Assembly: GCA_964645045.1 (NCBI GenBank)
Contig: CAZXYZ010000009.1
Location: forward strand, 1-27,196
From: an uncultured Pirellulaceae bacterium
GTDB taxonomy: Bacteria; Planctomycetota; Planctomycetia; Pirellulales; Pirellulaceae
Direction of reading: 5' to 3'
DNA: 27,196 bases
Positions 8,917-16,827 of the stretch are shown here, one piece after another (the stretch's first letter is position 1; every line of letters starts with the position of its first letter). The notes under the pieces are model-generated. The model was given only the letters and a program-made list of their open reading frames with translations, had not been told where the DNA came from and did no database searches. The translations under genes were made by a program, and so were the position numbers.

Positions 8917-9184
8917 AGTCCGTTCTTTCCCGCTTTGTTGCTTTCCGGGCGCTAATGATCCGAACCACGTCTGCCCCGCGCTGCGTGAAGGAAACGACCA
9001 ACAGACGCTGACGGGTTGAATGGCCGATCACGATTTCACGCCGTTCGTCGGCCGAGTGTTCTTCGTCGTCGAAAATCGCAGCGAGCGGATCGCCGAATAC
9101 GGTGCAGGCTTCTTCGAATGCGACGCCGTGCTTTCTCAGATTCGAGGCGGCCTTGTTGCTGTCCCACTCGAACGTCACTGGCAT
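8894..9184 (-). CDS. brnT: BrnT-type toxin (DUF497 ribonuclease toxin).
   Basis: The protein starts MPVTFEWDSNKAASNLRKHGVAFEEACTVFGDPLAAIFDDEEHSADERREIVIGHSTRQRLLVVSFTQRGADVVRIISARKATKRER, which is the canonical BrnT/DUF497 pattern. Start chosen at the internal ATG (9184) because GGAGAAAAC lies immediately upstream. The 9232 start has no RBS. Confidence 0.8.
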   Translation of the reverse strand: MPVTFEWDSNKAASNLRKHGVAFEEACTVFGDPLAAIFDDEEHSADERREIVIGHSTRQRLLVVSFTQRGADVVRIISARKATKRERTDYEEGTGS

Positions 9185-9240
9185 GTTTTCTCCATCCCCG
9201 CTGCACGTCTTCCCGCGTCGGCTCCGCGGCAACGGAACTC

Positions 9241-9269
9241 ATTGTATGCCTTGGCCCGCTGACACGCAA
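9241..9269 (-). promoter_or_regulatory. Sigma70-like promoter for brnTA (minus strand: TTGCGT-N17-TACAAT).
   Basis: Revcomp of 9264-9269 is TTGCGT and revcomp of 9241-9246 is TACAAT, with a 17-nt spacer. It lies about 55 nt upstream of the brnT ATG. Confidence 0.45.
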
Positions 9270-9304
9270 GGAAGCGGAAGACGGCACGCCGGAGAAAGTA
9301 ACTC

Positions 9305-9506
9305 AAGCTGTCGCCCATCCGCGCGGTTGCCTGGAAGCAGGGGAGCGGAGTCATCCGGCTGATCCACGGGCGGGAGGGCTTCTGCTATTTGTCGGCGATC
9401 TCAGGAGGTTTGCGGGGTGCGGGTGAAGCGGTCCGCATCGCTTTGGAACCAAGACGGATGGTGGCACTCGTCGGGCAAGGCAGCCGTTCCCCTGGAGGCG
9501 ATGGCC
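9305..9506 (+). repeat. Copy B of the 202-nt direct repeat (partner of 8421-8622).
   Basis: See copy A. The repeat lies just upstream (in the brnT sense) of the brnTA promoter and just before the resident FAD-oxidoreductase gene. Confidence 0.8.
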
Positions 9507-9640
9507 GCCGTGGTGCCCTAGCCCCAGCGTCAAGAGCGTTTTCGTGATGTGCTCCCAGCCCTTTCGGCTGTAACCGGCAGTCACTACAATCGCCGTCACG
9601 GCTCAGCGAAGCGGACAACGCATGGCGGGAAGGGATCCAA

Positions 9641-11263
9641 ATGGCGGAACGTAAGCGTTACGACTGCGTGGTGATCGGTGGCGGACACAACGGTTTGGTG
9701 GCGGCGGCGTATCTGGCCCAAGCCGGGAAATCGGTCTGCGTGCTGGAACGGCGGCACGTCTTGGGCGGCTGCGCCACGACGGAAGAGCTGTGGCCCGGAT
9801 ACAAGGTTTCGACGGCCGCTTATGTCGTCAGCCTGCTGCTGCCGGAGATCATTCGCGATCTGCGGCTGAAGCAATACGGCTTTACGATCCTGCCCCGGAA
9901 CCCCTCGTCCTACACCCCGCTGCTGGACGGCCGCTCGCTGCTGATGGGACCGGACCGCAGCCGGACGCTGCGAGAAATCGCCAAGTTCAGCAAACGGGAC
10001 GCGGAGGCTTTCCCGCAATACGAAGCCCTGCTGGAACGGATTGCCGCGGCCATCGAACCGGTGCTGGCCAAGACGCCGCCGGATGTGCTGCCTTTGTCGA
10101 AGGAATGGCGCAAGATCGGCGTTACCAAGCGTTTCCGGGACACGTCCCGATTGTGGGAGTTGTACCAGGCGCTGGCGGAATTGGGCGACGATCTGCCGGA
10201 AGCCATCGAATTGGTGACCGGGGCCGCGCGGCCGATCCTGGAACGTTGGTTCGAGGCCGAAGTGCTGCGGGCGACACTGGCCACCGACGCAATTATCGGA
10301 GCGTTTGCCTCGCCGTCGTCTCCCGGCACGGCCTACGTCCTGCTGCACCATGTGATGGGCACCGCGGGCGGGGCTCGCGGCATCTGGGGTTACGTCCAAG
10401 GCGGCATGGGCGGCCTGGCCAACTCGCTCGAAGCCGCGTGCCGCGATCTGCACGTGGACATCCGCCGCGAAGCGGAAGTCGCGCGCATCTTGAGTTCCGG
10501 GGGCCGGGTGCTGGGGGTGTCGCTCGCGGACCACACGGTGATCGACGCGCCGGTCGTCGCGTCCAGCGCCGACGCACACGTGACGTTCGAGCGGTTGTGC
10601 GATCCGGCCGAATTGCCCGCCGCGTTTCGCCAGGCGGTGGCGCGCATCGATTACAGTTCGGCCTCGGCCAAGATCAATCTGGCGCTCTCGGAACCGCCCA
10701 ACTTCCGCGCCGATCCGTCCCGCGGCGTTGCCGACCACCATCACGGCACGATGCACATCTGCCCCACCCTCGACACCATCGAGCGGGCGTTTGACGATGC
10801 CAAGTACGGCTGGCCCAGCACCGAACCGGTGCTTGAACTGACCATGCCATCGAGCGTGGACGAGACGATCGTGCCGGACGGCAAGCACTTGATGTCGATC
10901 TTTGTCCAATACGCACCTTATCGCCTGGCGGGCCGCAGTTGGGACGAGATCAAGGAGGACTTTGCCGACCGCTGTATCGAGCTGTTGGCACGCTACGCGC
11001 CCAACGTGCCCGCGGCAATCGAACACCGCCAGGTGCTCAGCCCGCTGGACCTGGAGCGGACCTACGGCCTGACGGGCGGCAATATCATGCAGGGTGCGAT
11101 GCACTTGCACCAGCTGTTTGCCATGCGTCCCGTTGCCGGTTGGGCCGATTACCGGACGCCGGTTCAGGGTTTGTACCTGTGCGGCGCTGCGGCCCATCCC
11201 GGCGGCGGGGTGATCGGAGCCTGCGGCAAGAACGCCGCCGAAGAAATCCTGCGGGATGGATAG
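9641..11263 (+). CDS. NAD(P)/FAD-dependent oxidoreductase of the phytoene-desaturase-like (COG1233) family.
   Basis: An N-terminal Rossmann dinucleotide-binding motif is present (YDCVVIGGGHNGLVAAAYLAQAGKSVCVLERRHVLGG). The protein is 540 aa with a C-terminal GGxxxxG-like segment (LYLCGAAAHPGGGVIGACG) typical of this family. RBS GGAAGGGA. The antisense 533-aa ORF 9596-11197 is an R/G/A-rich shadow. Confidence 0.85.
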   Translation: MAERKRYDCVVIGGGHNGLVAAAYLAQAGKSVCVLERRHVLGGCATTEELWPGYKVSTAAYVVSLLLPEIIRDLRLKQYGFTILPRNPSSYTPLLDGRSLLMGPDRSRTLREIAKFSKRDAEAFPQYEALLERIAAAIEPVLAKTPPDVLPLSKEWRKIGVTKRFRDTSRLWELYQALAELGDDLPEAIELVTGAARPILERWFEAEVLRATLATDAIIGAFASPSSPGTAYVLLHHVMGTAGGARGIWGYVQGGMGGLANSLEAACRDLHVDIRREAEVARILSSGGRVLGVSLADHTVIDAPVVASSADAHVTFERLCDPAELPAAFRQAVARIDYSSASAKINLALSEPPNFRADPSRGVADHHHGTMHICPTLDTIERAFDDAKYGWPSTEPVLELTMPSSVDETIVPDGKHLMSIFVQYAPYRLAGRSWDEIKEDFADRCIELLARYAPNVPAAIEHRQVLSPLDLERTYGLTGGNIMQGAMHLHQLFAMRPVAGWADYRTPVQGLYLCGAAAHPGGGVIGACGKNAAEEILRDG

Positions 11264-11288
11264 ATTATCCCTGTCGAGCGGCGAACCT

Positions 11289-11364
11289 CGTTGGAGTGCA
11301 CGCTTCAGCGTGTTTCAGGTGGCGGGCATCGCCCGCCGGACACGCTAAAGCGTGGACTCCAACG
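11289..11364 (+). other. About 76-nt nested hairpin element in the oxidoreductase/thiH-like spacer. It has a 17-bp outer stem with one mismatch, a 6-bp middle stem, and a 7-bp GGCGGGC/GCCCGCC apical stem.
   Basis: CGTTGGAGTGCACGCTT (11289-11305) pairs with AAGCGTGGACTCCAACG (11348-11364). The inner CAGCGTG pairs with CACGCT. The apical hairpin is GGCGGGCatcGCCCGCC (11321-11337). No U-tract follows it. No TPP-riboswitch motifs (CUGAGA / ACCUGAUCYGG) were found. Confidence 0.4.
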
Positions 11365-11483
11365 GAGCCTAACGTTGTCATTCCTTTGGAAATTACACCT
11401 TTACAGAGGCCAAAGCATGGCCCAAGCGTGGAATCGCCGTTTCGTGTGGCAGCAATAAGATTTGAACAGGAGAAACCGAAAAC

Positions 11484-12854
11484 GTGATGACCACCTGGAC
11501 GCTGCCGGAACTGAATTCGCTGACCGACTGGATCGAGACGACCGACGACCACGCCCAGCACCATTTAGCTCTCCTGGCGCGCGTCCAGGAGGCCCTGGAC
11601 TCGGACGCTGCGTCGCCAGCCGAGCGGGTTGGCCTGGCGCAAAAAGTCGAGCGGTGGCGGTACCAGCATTTGAACGAGCATGCCGGAGCATTGACGCCGC
11701 AAAGTGAAGCGTTGGTCGACATGCTGGACCAGGCGGCTCGAGGACTGGCCGGACGCGACCAGCTGGCCCCTCGCCGCACGCGGCATGCGGTCCACGATCC
11801 GGAAGTGGATACGGCCTCGATCCGGGAAGCCATCGAGTTGCTCGATCCGTTGTACCCCTTGCCCCGGCTGACCGAGCGGGCCGCACGGCTGACGCAGCAA
11901 CATTTCTCGGGTTCGGCCGCGACGGGCTCGCAGCGTGCTGTGCGCCACCGCATGCTGTTGTACGCCCCGGTGTACGTTTCCAGCGACTGTGTGAACTACT
12001 GCCTGTATTGCGGATTCCGCTATCCGCTCCAAATCCCGCGGCGGCATTTGACCGTGGCAGAAAGTCTAGACCAGGCGCGGATTCTCCGGCAACGAGGCTT
12101 TCAGAACATCCTGATCGTCGGTGGCGAGTTTCCCAGCCAGACGACTCCGGCTTACTATCGCGAGATCATCCAGACGCTGGCGGACGACGGGTTCGAGTCC
12201 GGTATCGAAATCGCGCCGCAAACGATCGACGCCTACTCCGAACTGGTGGCGGCCGGCGCTTGTTCGCTGACCATGTACCAGGAGACCTACGATCGGACGC
12301 TGTACGCCAAGTACCACACGCGCGGGCCCAAGGCATCCTATGATTGGCGGCTGGAATCCCACGATCGGGCCGCCGAGGCCGGAATGCCGCGGCTGGGCTT
12401 TGGCGTTCTGCTGGGCTTGGCCGATCCGCGTGCCGACCTGTGGGCCCTACTGCGGCACGCGGCCTACCTGTCAAACCGATTCCCCGATCGCACGCTGGCC
12501 TTCAGCCTGCCGCGGATCCACGAAGCGCCCCAGGATTTCGAGATTCCCTTTGCGATCTCGGACGAGGACCTGATTCGGTTCTATTGCGCGCTGCGGATTG
12601 CATTCCCCCGAGCAATTCTGGTCCTGTCGACGCGCGAGCAAGGCGACCTGCGCAACACGCTGGCCAAGATCTGCATCACGCAGATGAGTGCCGGCAGCTC
12701 GACGGCACCCGGCGGATACGGTCCTCACAACCCGGCGCAGGACGTGGGCGAGCAGTTCCCCGTGTCCGACCACCGCTCGCCGGCCGAAATTGCCGCTTGG
12801 CTCGAGCAAGAGGGATTCGAAATCGCCTGGACGGCGCAAGCGAAAACGAACTGA
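11484..12854 (+). CDS. thiH: Radical-SAM enzyme of the ThiH / tyrosine-lyase family (2-iminoacetate synthase-like) with an extended N-terminal region.
   Basis: The CxxxCxxC cluster motif sits in ThiH context (LLYAPVYVSSDCVNYCLYCGF). Colinear matches to E. coli ThiH run along the whole protein: TMYQETYDRTLYAKYHTRGPKASYDWRLESHDRAAEAGMPRLGFGVLLGLAD versus ThiH MVYQETYHEATYARHHLKGKKQDFFWRLETPDRLGRAGIDKIGLGALIGLSD; LVLSTRE; and GGYGPHNP...QF.VSDHRSP. An AGGAGA RBS is present. The start could be GTG 11484 or ATG 11487. Confidence 0.8.
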   Translation: MMTTWTLPELNSLTDWIETTDDHAQHHLALLARVQEALDSDAASPAERVGLAQKVERWRYQHLNEHAGALTPQSEALVDMLDQAARGLAGRDQLAPRRTRHAVHDPEVDTASIREAIELLDPLYPLPRLTERAARLTQQHFSGSAATGSQRAVRHRMLLYAPVYVSSDCVNYCLYCGFRYPLQIPRRHLTVAESLDQARILRQRGFQNILIVGGEFPSQTTPAYYREIIQTLADDGFESGIEIAPQTIDAYSELVAAGACSLTMYQETYDRTLYAKYHTRGPKASYDWRLESHDRAAEAGMPRLGFGVLLGLADPRADLWALLRHAAYLSNRFPDRTLAFSLPRIHEAPQDFEIPFAISDEDLIRFYCALRIAFPRAILVLSTREQGDLRNTLAKICITQMSAGSSTAPGGYGPHNPAQDVGEQFPVSDHRSPAEIAAWLEQEGFEIAWTAQAKTN

Positions 12855-12978
12855 CGCGGCCACATGCGATTCCGCAGCTACACGAGCCTCAGCTTGCATG
12901 ACTTGCGGTCACTCACTGCTCGCGATTCAGAACATGGCTGCCTTCCGGATGCTCACGGCGGGTCCTCCGGCGAGGGGC

Positions 12979-14352
12979 TCATGGGCTGCTAAAAGCGATC
13001 TTCGCGCGGGGGAGGGCTTTCTTCAGTTCTGCCAGCCCCGCTGCAGAGATTCCGGTCTTCGAAACGTCCAATTCCTTGAGGTCCGGGAACCGCGACAAGT
13101 GCGGCACCGCGGCGTCGGTCAGCGGCACGCCGCGCAGTTCCAGTCGTCCCAGGTTGCGCAACGCTGCCAACGGCACCAGGCCGTCGTCCGAGATCTTCAG
13201 ATCGCGGAGGATCAAAGTCCGCATTCCGTGAAGTTCGCCGAGCGTCTGCATTCCCGCGTTGGTCAGGGGCGTGCCCATCACGTTCAACGTCGTCAGGTTG
13301 GGCAGCGCCTTCAGATGCAGCAGGCCCTCGTCGCTGACCGGCGTGCCGCCCAGGTCGAGCGACTCCAGCGTGGTCATGCCCTGCAGGTGGACCAGGCCGA
13401 TGCCATTGATGGCCAACCGGCGGACGTCCAGCCGCCGCAGCTTCGTCAGCCCGGCCAAGTGCTCCAGGCCGGCATCGGTGACTTGAAAAGCCTGGGCCAG
13501 GGACAGGTCTTCCAGATCGGTCAGCTGGCCGACGAATCGCAAGCCCTCGTCGCTGACGGCCAGCGAATCCTCGACCGCCAGCGTGCGCAGCTGCTTCATC
13601 GGCACCAGGTACTCCAAGCCACTGTCGCTGACCGAGCGGCTGCGGACTCGGAGCGTCTGCAGCTGTTTCATGCCGGCGACCAGTTCCAGCCCGCCGTCGC
13701 CGATCAAGTCGCTGCCGTCGAGATCCAGCGTGCGAAGATTCTGCAATTGGGAAATGGAGAACAGGCCGCCGTCGCTGATATAGCTGTCGGTCAGCAGCAG
13801 GTGTTCGAGCCGCGGAAGGTCCTTAAAATACGCCGCCGCCGAATCGGACATCCGCGTCAAGCGGTGCAGACGCAGCGTTTGGAGATTCTCGAGCGCCGTC
13901 AGCGCGCGTACCCCGGCGTCGGTCACGCCGACGGTGTCCAGCGCCAGCGAGGTCAATCCGGTGAGGCGGGCCAGGTGCGGCATGGATGCATCGGTGATCC
14001 CCGCGCCCTTCAACTGCAGCCGCTGGAGATGCGGCAACGTGGCCAGCAGTTCGACGTCGGCATCCGACAAGCTGGCGCGCAACAAGTCGACCGCGATCAG
14101 CCGTCCTTGATCGTCGAACTCGGTCTGGCCGTCCCACTGCCGGATACGTTCCAGGACCGGCGCAAAGTCCTTGGCGTCGCCCTGGGCAACGGCGGCCGGA
14201 GCGGCGATGGGCGGGGCCGGGGCGGCTGGCGCAGCGGCGGAATGCCCTGAGGCTTCTTCGCGCGGCGCGATGTCGGTGCGCGGGGCAGATGGGCACCCCG
14301 CGGCGATAAGCACTAAGCATCCGGCAAACCCGACGACCAGCCGCTGGCACAT
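12979..14352 (-). CDS. Leucine-rich-repeat (AMN1/F-box-type LRR) lipoprotein.
   Basis: Start chosen at the internal ATG 14352 because GAGGAGG lies 8 nt upstream. This gives the lipoprotein signal MCQRLVVGFAGCLVLIAAGC, followed by 15 or more LRR units (L..L.L.G..ITD.GL..L..L..L). The upstream 150 codons of the track ORF are R/G-rich and cross the terminator hairpin, so they were rejected. Confidence 0.8.
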   Translation of the reverse strand: MCQRLVVGFAGCLVLIAAGCPSAPRTDIAPREEASGHSAAAPAAPAPPIAAPAAVAQGDAKDFAPVLERIRQWDGQTEFDDQGRLIAVDLLRASLSDADVELLATLPHLQRLQLKGAGITDASMPHLARLTGLTSLALDTVGVTDAGVRALTALENLQTLRLHRLTRMSDSAAAYFKDLPRLEHLLLTDSYISDGGLFSISQLQNLRTLDLDGSDLIGDGGLELVAGMKQLQTLRVRSRSVSDSGLEYLVPMKQLRTLAVEDSLAVSDEGLRFVGQLTDLEDLSLAQAFQVTDAGLEHLAGLTKLRRLDVRRLAINGIGLVHLQGMTTLESLDLGGTPVSDEGLLHLKALPNLTTLNVMGTPLTNAGMQTLGELHGMRTLILRDLKISDDGLVPLAALRNLGRLELRGVPLTDAAVPHLSRFPDLKELDVSKTGISAAGLAELKKALPRAKIAFSSP

Positions 14353-14430
14353 TCGACAGCCTCCTCGTGAATTATCCGCTGGGAAAGCGGCGGACGGACG
14401 AGACGCGGACATCCGGCTTCGCACCGTTCG

Positions 14431-14498
14431 AGAAAAAAGTGGCGTAAGCTTCCAGCTTGCGGTGCTTACATCTGCCGCAAGCTGGAAGCTTACGCCAC
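14431..14498 (-). terminator. Rho-independent terminator for the HEAT/Gfo operon. It has a perfect 24-bp stem and a 12-nt loop followed by TTTTTTCT on the minus strand.
   Basis: GTGGCGTAAGCTTCCAGCTTGCGG (14439-14462) and CCGCAAGCTGGAAGCTTACGCCAC (14475-14498) are exact reverse complements. The plus-strand AGAAAAAA at 14431-14438 gives the U-tract on the minus-strand transcript. It is located 34 nt after the HEAT gene stop. Confidence 0.75.
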
Positions 14499-14531
14499 GG
14501 GAAAACCGGACAGCTATTTTCCCAACGGCGC

Positions 14532-15101
14532 TTAGCGTCCCACCGGCTGCACCGACGTTTTCTTCGTCGGCGTCAGCCGCAGGTCGGGAACGCCGGGCCT
14601 CTGGATGCCACGCACGCCCAGCGAGTGGGCCAGCGCGGGTTTGTCGGCGTCCGCGGCGGCGGTCAGCGCCGCTTGCAGTGCGGCCGTCGCTTTTTCCCCG
14701 GGCAGACGCTCGAGGGTCATCCGCGCATCCTCGCGCAGATCCGCGTTGGTCAGCAGGGCGGCGACCGGTGCAACCGCTTCCTCGCCGGCGATCTGCCACG
14801 TCATCCAGAGCACGTCGCGGCGCAGCTGGACAGGCTGGGAATCGCCGAGCAGCTTGAGCAATTCGGCCGCCACGGCTTTCGCTTCACTGTCCGCGCCGGG
14901 GCGGCCGGCGTGATACACGATATTCCGAATGGCGCCCCGGGCCGCCCGTGCGGTCTCCAGTTCCCCATCGGCGGCGAGCTTGGCCAGCGGCAGCACGGCC
15001 TGGGCTCCCACCGGACCCGCGCCGTCCCGGGCGGCGGCACGCACCGCGTCTTCGGTGCTTTGGATATTCTTGATCAGAACGTCAAGTGTCAGTTGTTCCA
15101 T
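14532..15101 (-). CDS. HEAT-repeat (PBS-lyase-type) protein, 189 aa.
   Basis: Ala/Leu-rich repeats of the type EDAVRAAARDGAGPVGAQAVLPLAKLAADGELETARAARGAIRNI. The gene is 60 nt downstream of the Gfo/Idh/MocA gene on the same strand, so it is probably co-transcribed. The plus-strand 226-aa ORF is a shadow. Confidence 0.65.
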   Translation of the reverse strand: MEQLTLDVLIKNIQSTEDAVRAAARDGAGPVGAQAVLPLAKLAADGELETARAARGAIRNIVYHAGRPGADSEAKAVAAELLKLLGDSQPVQLRRDVLWMTWQIAGEEAVAPVAALLTNADLREDARMTLERLPGEKATAALQAALTAAADADKPALAHSLGVRGIQRPGVPDLRLTPTKKTSVQPVGR

Positions 15102-15161
15102 TGGAGGAATCCTTGTTGGTTTCGGTGTGCTCGGTAGGTGGTCGACAATCGCCTGTCTGGC

Positions 15162-16520
15162 TCACAGCGTGTATGGATACCGCTGCGGCCGGCCCATCAG
15201 GCGGCGGGCCTGTTCGTCGCCGACGATTTCGCGCCGGCTGTGGTCCCACTGCAGCTTGCGGCCCAGGAGGAACGACAGGTTGCCCAGCACGGTCAGGATG
15301 GCCACGTCCGCGCTGGCTTCCACGTTCATGATCGTCTTCTTGCCGGTCTTGATGCCTTCGAACCAATCCTCCTTGTGGCCGGGGCTCTGGTACACTTCGA
15401 CCGCGCCGGGGCCGGGTTGCCACTCGCGGGCTTTCCGTTCCGCCCACGTGCCGCCGTCGCCGCCCCAGTGGGTAAAGGTTCCCTTGTCGCCGCGGTACAC
15501 GGCGCCATAGCCCGGGCGGGAAATCCGGCCACCCGGTTCCTTGCCCGTGCGTTCCTCCGGCGGCGCCGGCTCGCCCGGCTGGTTCCAGGTCAGCACCCAA
15601 TCGGGATTCTTGAACGTGTACTTGACGCTGATCTTGACGGCCGAATCCCACAGACCGCGCTGCGGTGCCTCGCCCGTCGCCTCGACCTCGACCGGTCCGG
15701 TGCCGTCGGCGTTCATCCACCACATCGCACAGCTCATCACGTGGGCCCCGCGGTCGCGGATCTGACCGCCACCCGACTCCATCAGCCAGCGGAACGTGCC
15801 GTGGCAATAGCCGCGATTGAACGGCCGCCAACGCAGCGGGCCGAGCCAGGCGTCCCAGTCCAATTCGGCCGGCGGATCGCTGTCGGGCGTGAACCCGCCC
15901 ACCGGGCTGGGATAATGGAAGCAATCGACTTGCGTGACCCGGCCGATATTGCCGTTGGCCAGGTACCGGTGCGCCAAATAGGCTTCCGGTTGGCTGCGGC
16001 CCTGCGAGCCCACCTGCACCGCGATGCGGGCCCGGTTGGCGGCCTCGATCATCGCCTTGCCCTCCTCGATCGTGCAGCAGGCGGGTTTTTCGACGTAGAC
16101 ATGCTTGCCGCGCTCGGCGGCATGCACCGTCTGGACGGCGTGCCAATGGTCGGGGGTCGCGATCACCACGGCATCGATGTCCTGGCGATCGAGCACGTAC
16201 CGGTAATCGCGGTAACAGTCCGCCTGCGGCCCGGCGGTGCGGGAGGCATTCTGCAGCCGTTTCTCGTCGATGTCGCACACCGCGGCGATATTCACCTCGC
16301 CGCGCTGCATCCGGCCCACCATGTCTCCCAGATGGTAGCCGCCCATCCCGCCCACACCGATGTGGCCGAACGTCAAACGGTCGTTGGCGCCCACCCGCCC
16401 CTCCGCCGCTAGCACGCCGGAAGGAATCACGTGCGGCGCGGCCACCGCGCCGACGGCTACTGCGGAGCCGGCGGTTTTCAGAAAAGTTCGGCGGGGAATA
16501 CCCGGAGTCTTCTTGCTCAT
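15162..16520 (-). CDS. Gfo/Idh/MocA-family NAD(P)-dependent oxidoreductase with a Tat signal peptide.
   Basis: Twin-arginine signal MSKKTPGIPRRTFLKTAGSAVAVGAVAA is followed by the Rossmann motif FGHIGVGGMGG and EKP (VYVEKPAC) typical of the family. RBS AGAGGTGA. The overlapping ORFs 15082-16278 (-) and 15138-16412 (+) are shadows. Confidence 0.9.
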   Translation of the reverse strand: MSKKTPGIPRRTFLKTAGSAVAVGAVAAPHVIPSGVLAAEGRVGANDRLTFGHIGVGGMGGYHLGDMVGRMQRGEVNIAAVCDIDEKRLQNASRTAGPQADCYRDYRYVLDRQDIDAVVIATPDHWHAVQTVHAAERGKHVYVEKPACCTIEEGKAMIEAANRARIAVQVGSQGRSQPEAYLAHRYLANGNIGRVTQVDCFHYPSPVGGFTPDSDPPAELDWDAWLGPLRWRPFNRGYCHGTFRWLMESGGGQIRDRGAHVMSCAMWWMNADGTGPVEVEATGEAPQRGLWDSAVKISVKYTFKNPDWVLTWNQPGEPAPPEERTGKEPGGRISRPGYGAVYRGDKGTFTHWGGDGGTWAERKAREWQPGPGAVEVYQSPGHKEDWFEGIKTGKKTIMNVEASADVAILTVLGNLSFLLGRKLQWDHSRREIVGDEQARRLMGRPQRYPYTL

Positions 16521-16677
16521 GCTTTCACCTCTTTGCGTCCAAAATCAACGGGGACTTGGGTAAGAAAGGCAACGGTGGGTAACCGTGACGTACCGACAGG
16601 ATACCTGCCCGCCCGCGGACATACAAGCCGGGACACCCGCGAGAGAAACTTTGACGATTAACGAAAGCCGCCCTACT

Positions 16678-16724
16678 TCGACGGTCGTAATGCGGACGCC
16701 GAAAAAGCTCGTAACGACCGTCGA
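16678..16724. promoter_or_regulatory. 11-bp perfect inverted repeat (TCGACGGTCGT ... ACGACCGTCGA, 25-nt spacer) in the divergent Gfo / BBP7 promoter region.
   Basis: The arms are exact reverse complements. The element lies between the divergent starts at 16520 (-) and 16828 (+). Confidence 0.25.
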
Positions 16725-16827
16725 TGTCGGTCGAGATACCACATACCTGGCACGTTCGTGAAACGGAACGTCGCCTGCAGAAAGAGACACACCTTCCACG
16801 GACCCACGGAAAAGGAGAATTCAAGTC

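Noticed and set aside
8421-9506. DGR template/variable repeat pair
   Set aside because: Mismatches between the two 202-nt copies are not adenine-specific in either copy, and no reverse transcriptase gene is nearby.
9596-11197. 533-aa minus-strand ORF
   Set aside because: It is antisense to the COG1233 oxidoreductase, which has a clear Rossmann motif. The minus-strand translation is R/G/Q-rich with no motifs.
11264-11483. TPP (THI-box) riboswitch upstream of the thiH-like gene
   Set aside because: The conserved CUGAGA and ACCUGAUCYGGNUNAUGCCRGCG elements are absent. Only a generic nested hairpin is present.
12688-14250. 520-aa plus-strand ORF
   Set aside because: It is antisense to the LRR lipoprotein and has Q/R/A-rich low complexity. 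The LRR periodicity and lipobox support the minus strand.
14353-14799. 149-codon N-terminal extension of the LRR protein ORF
   Set aside because: It is R/G-rich, crosses a perfect terminator hairpin, and the internal ATG at 14352 has a strong RBS plus a lipoprotein signal.
15082-16412. 398-aa minus-strand and 424-aa plus-strand ORFs overlapping the Gfo/Idh/MocA gene
   Set aside because: Only the 15162-16520 minus frame has the Tat signal, Rossmann and EKP motifs. The others are R/G/P-rich shadows.
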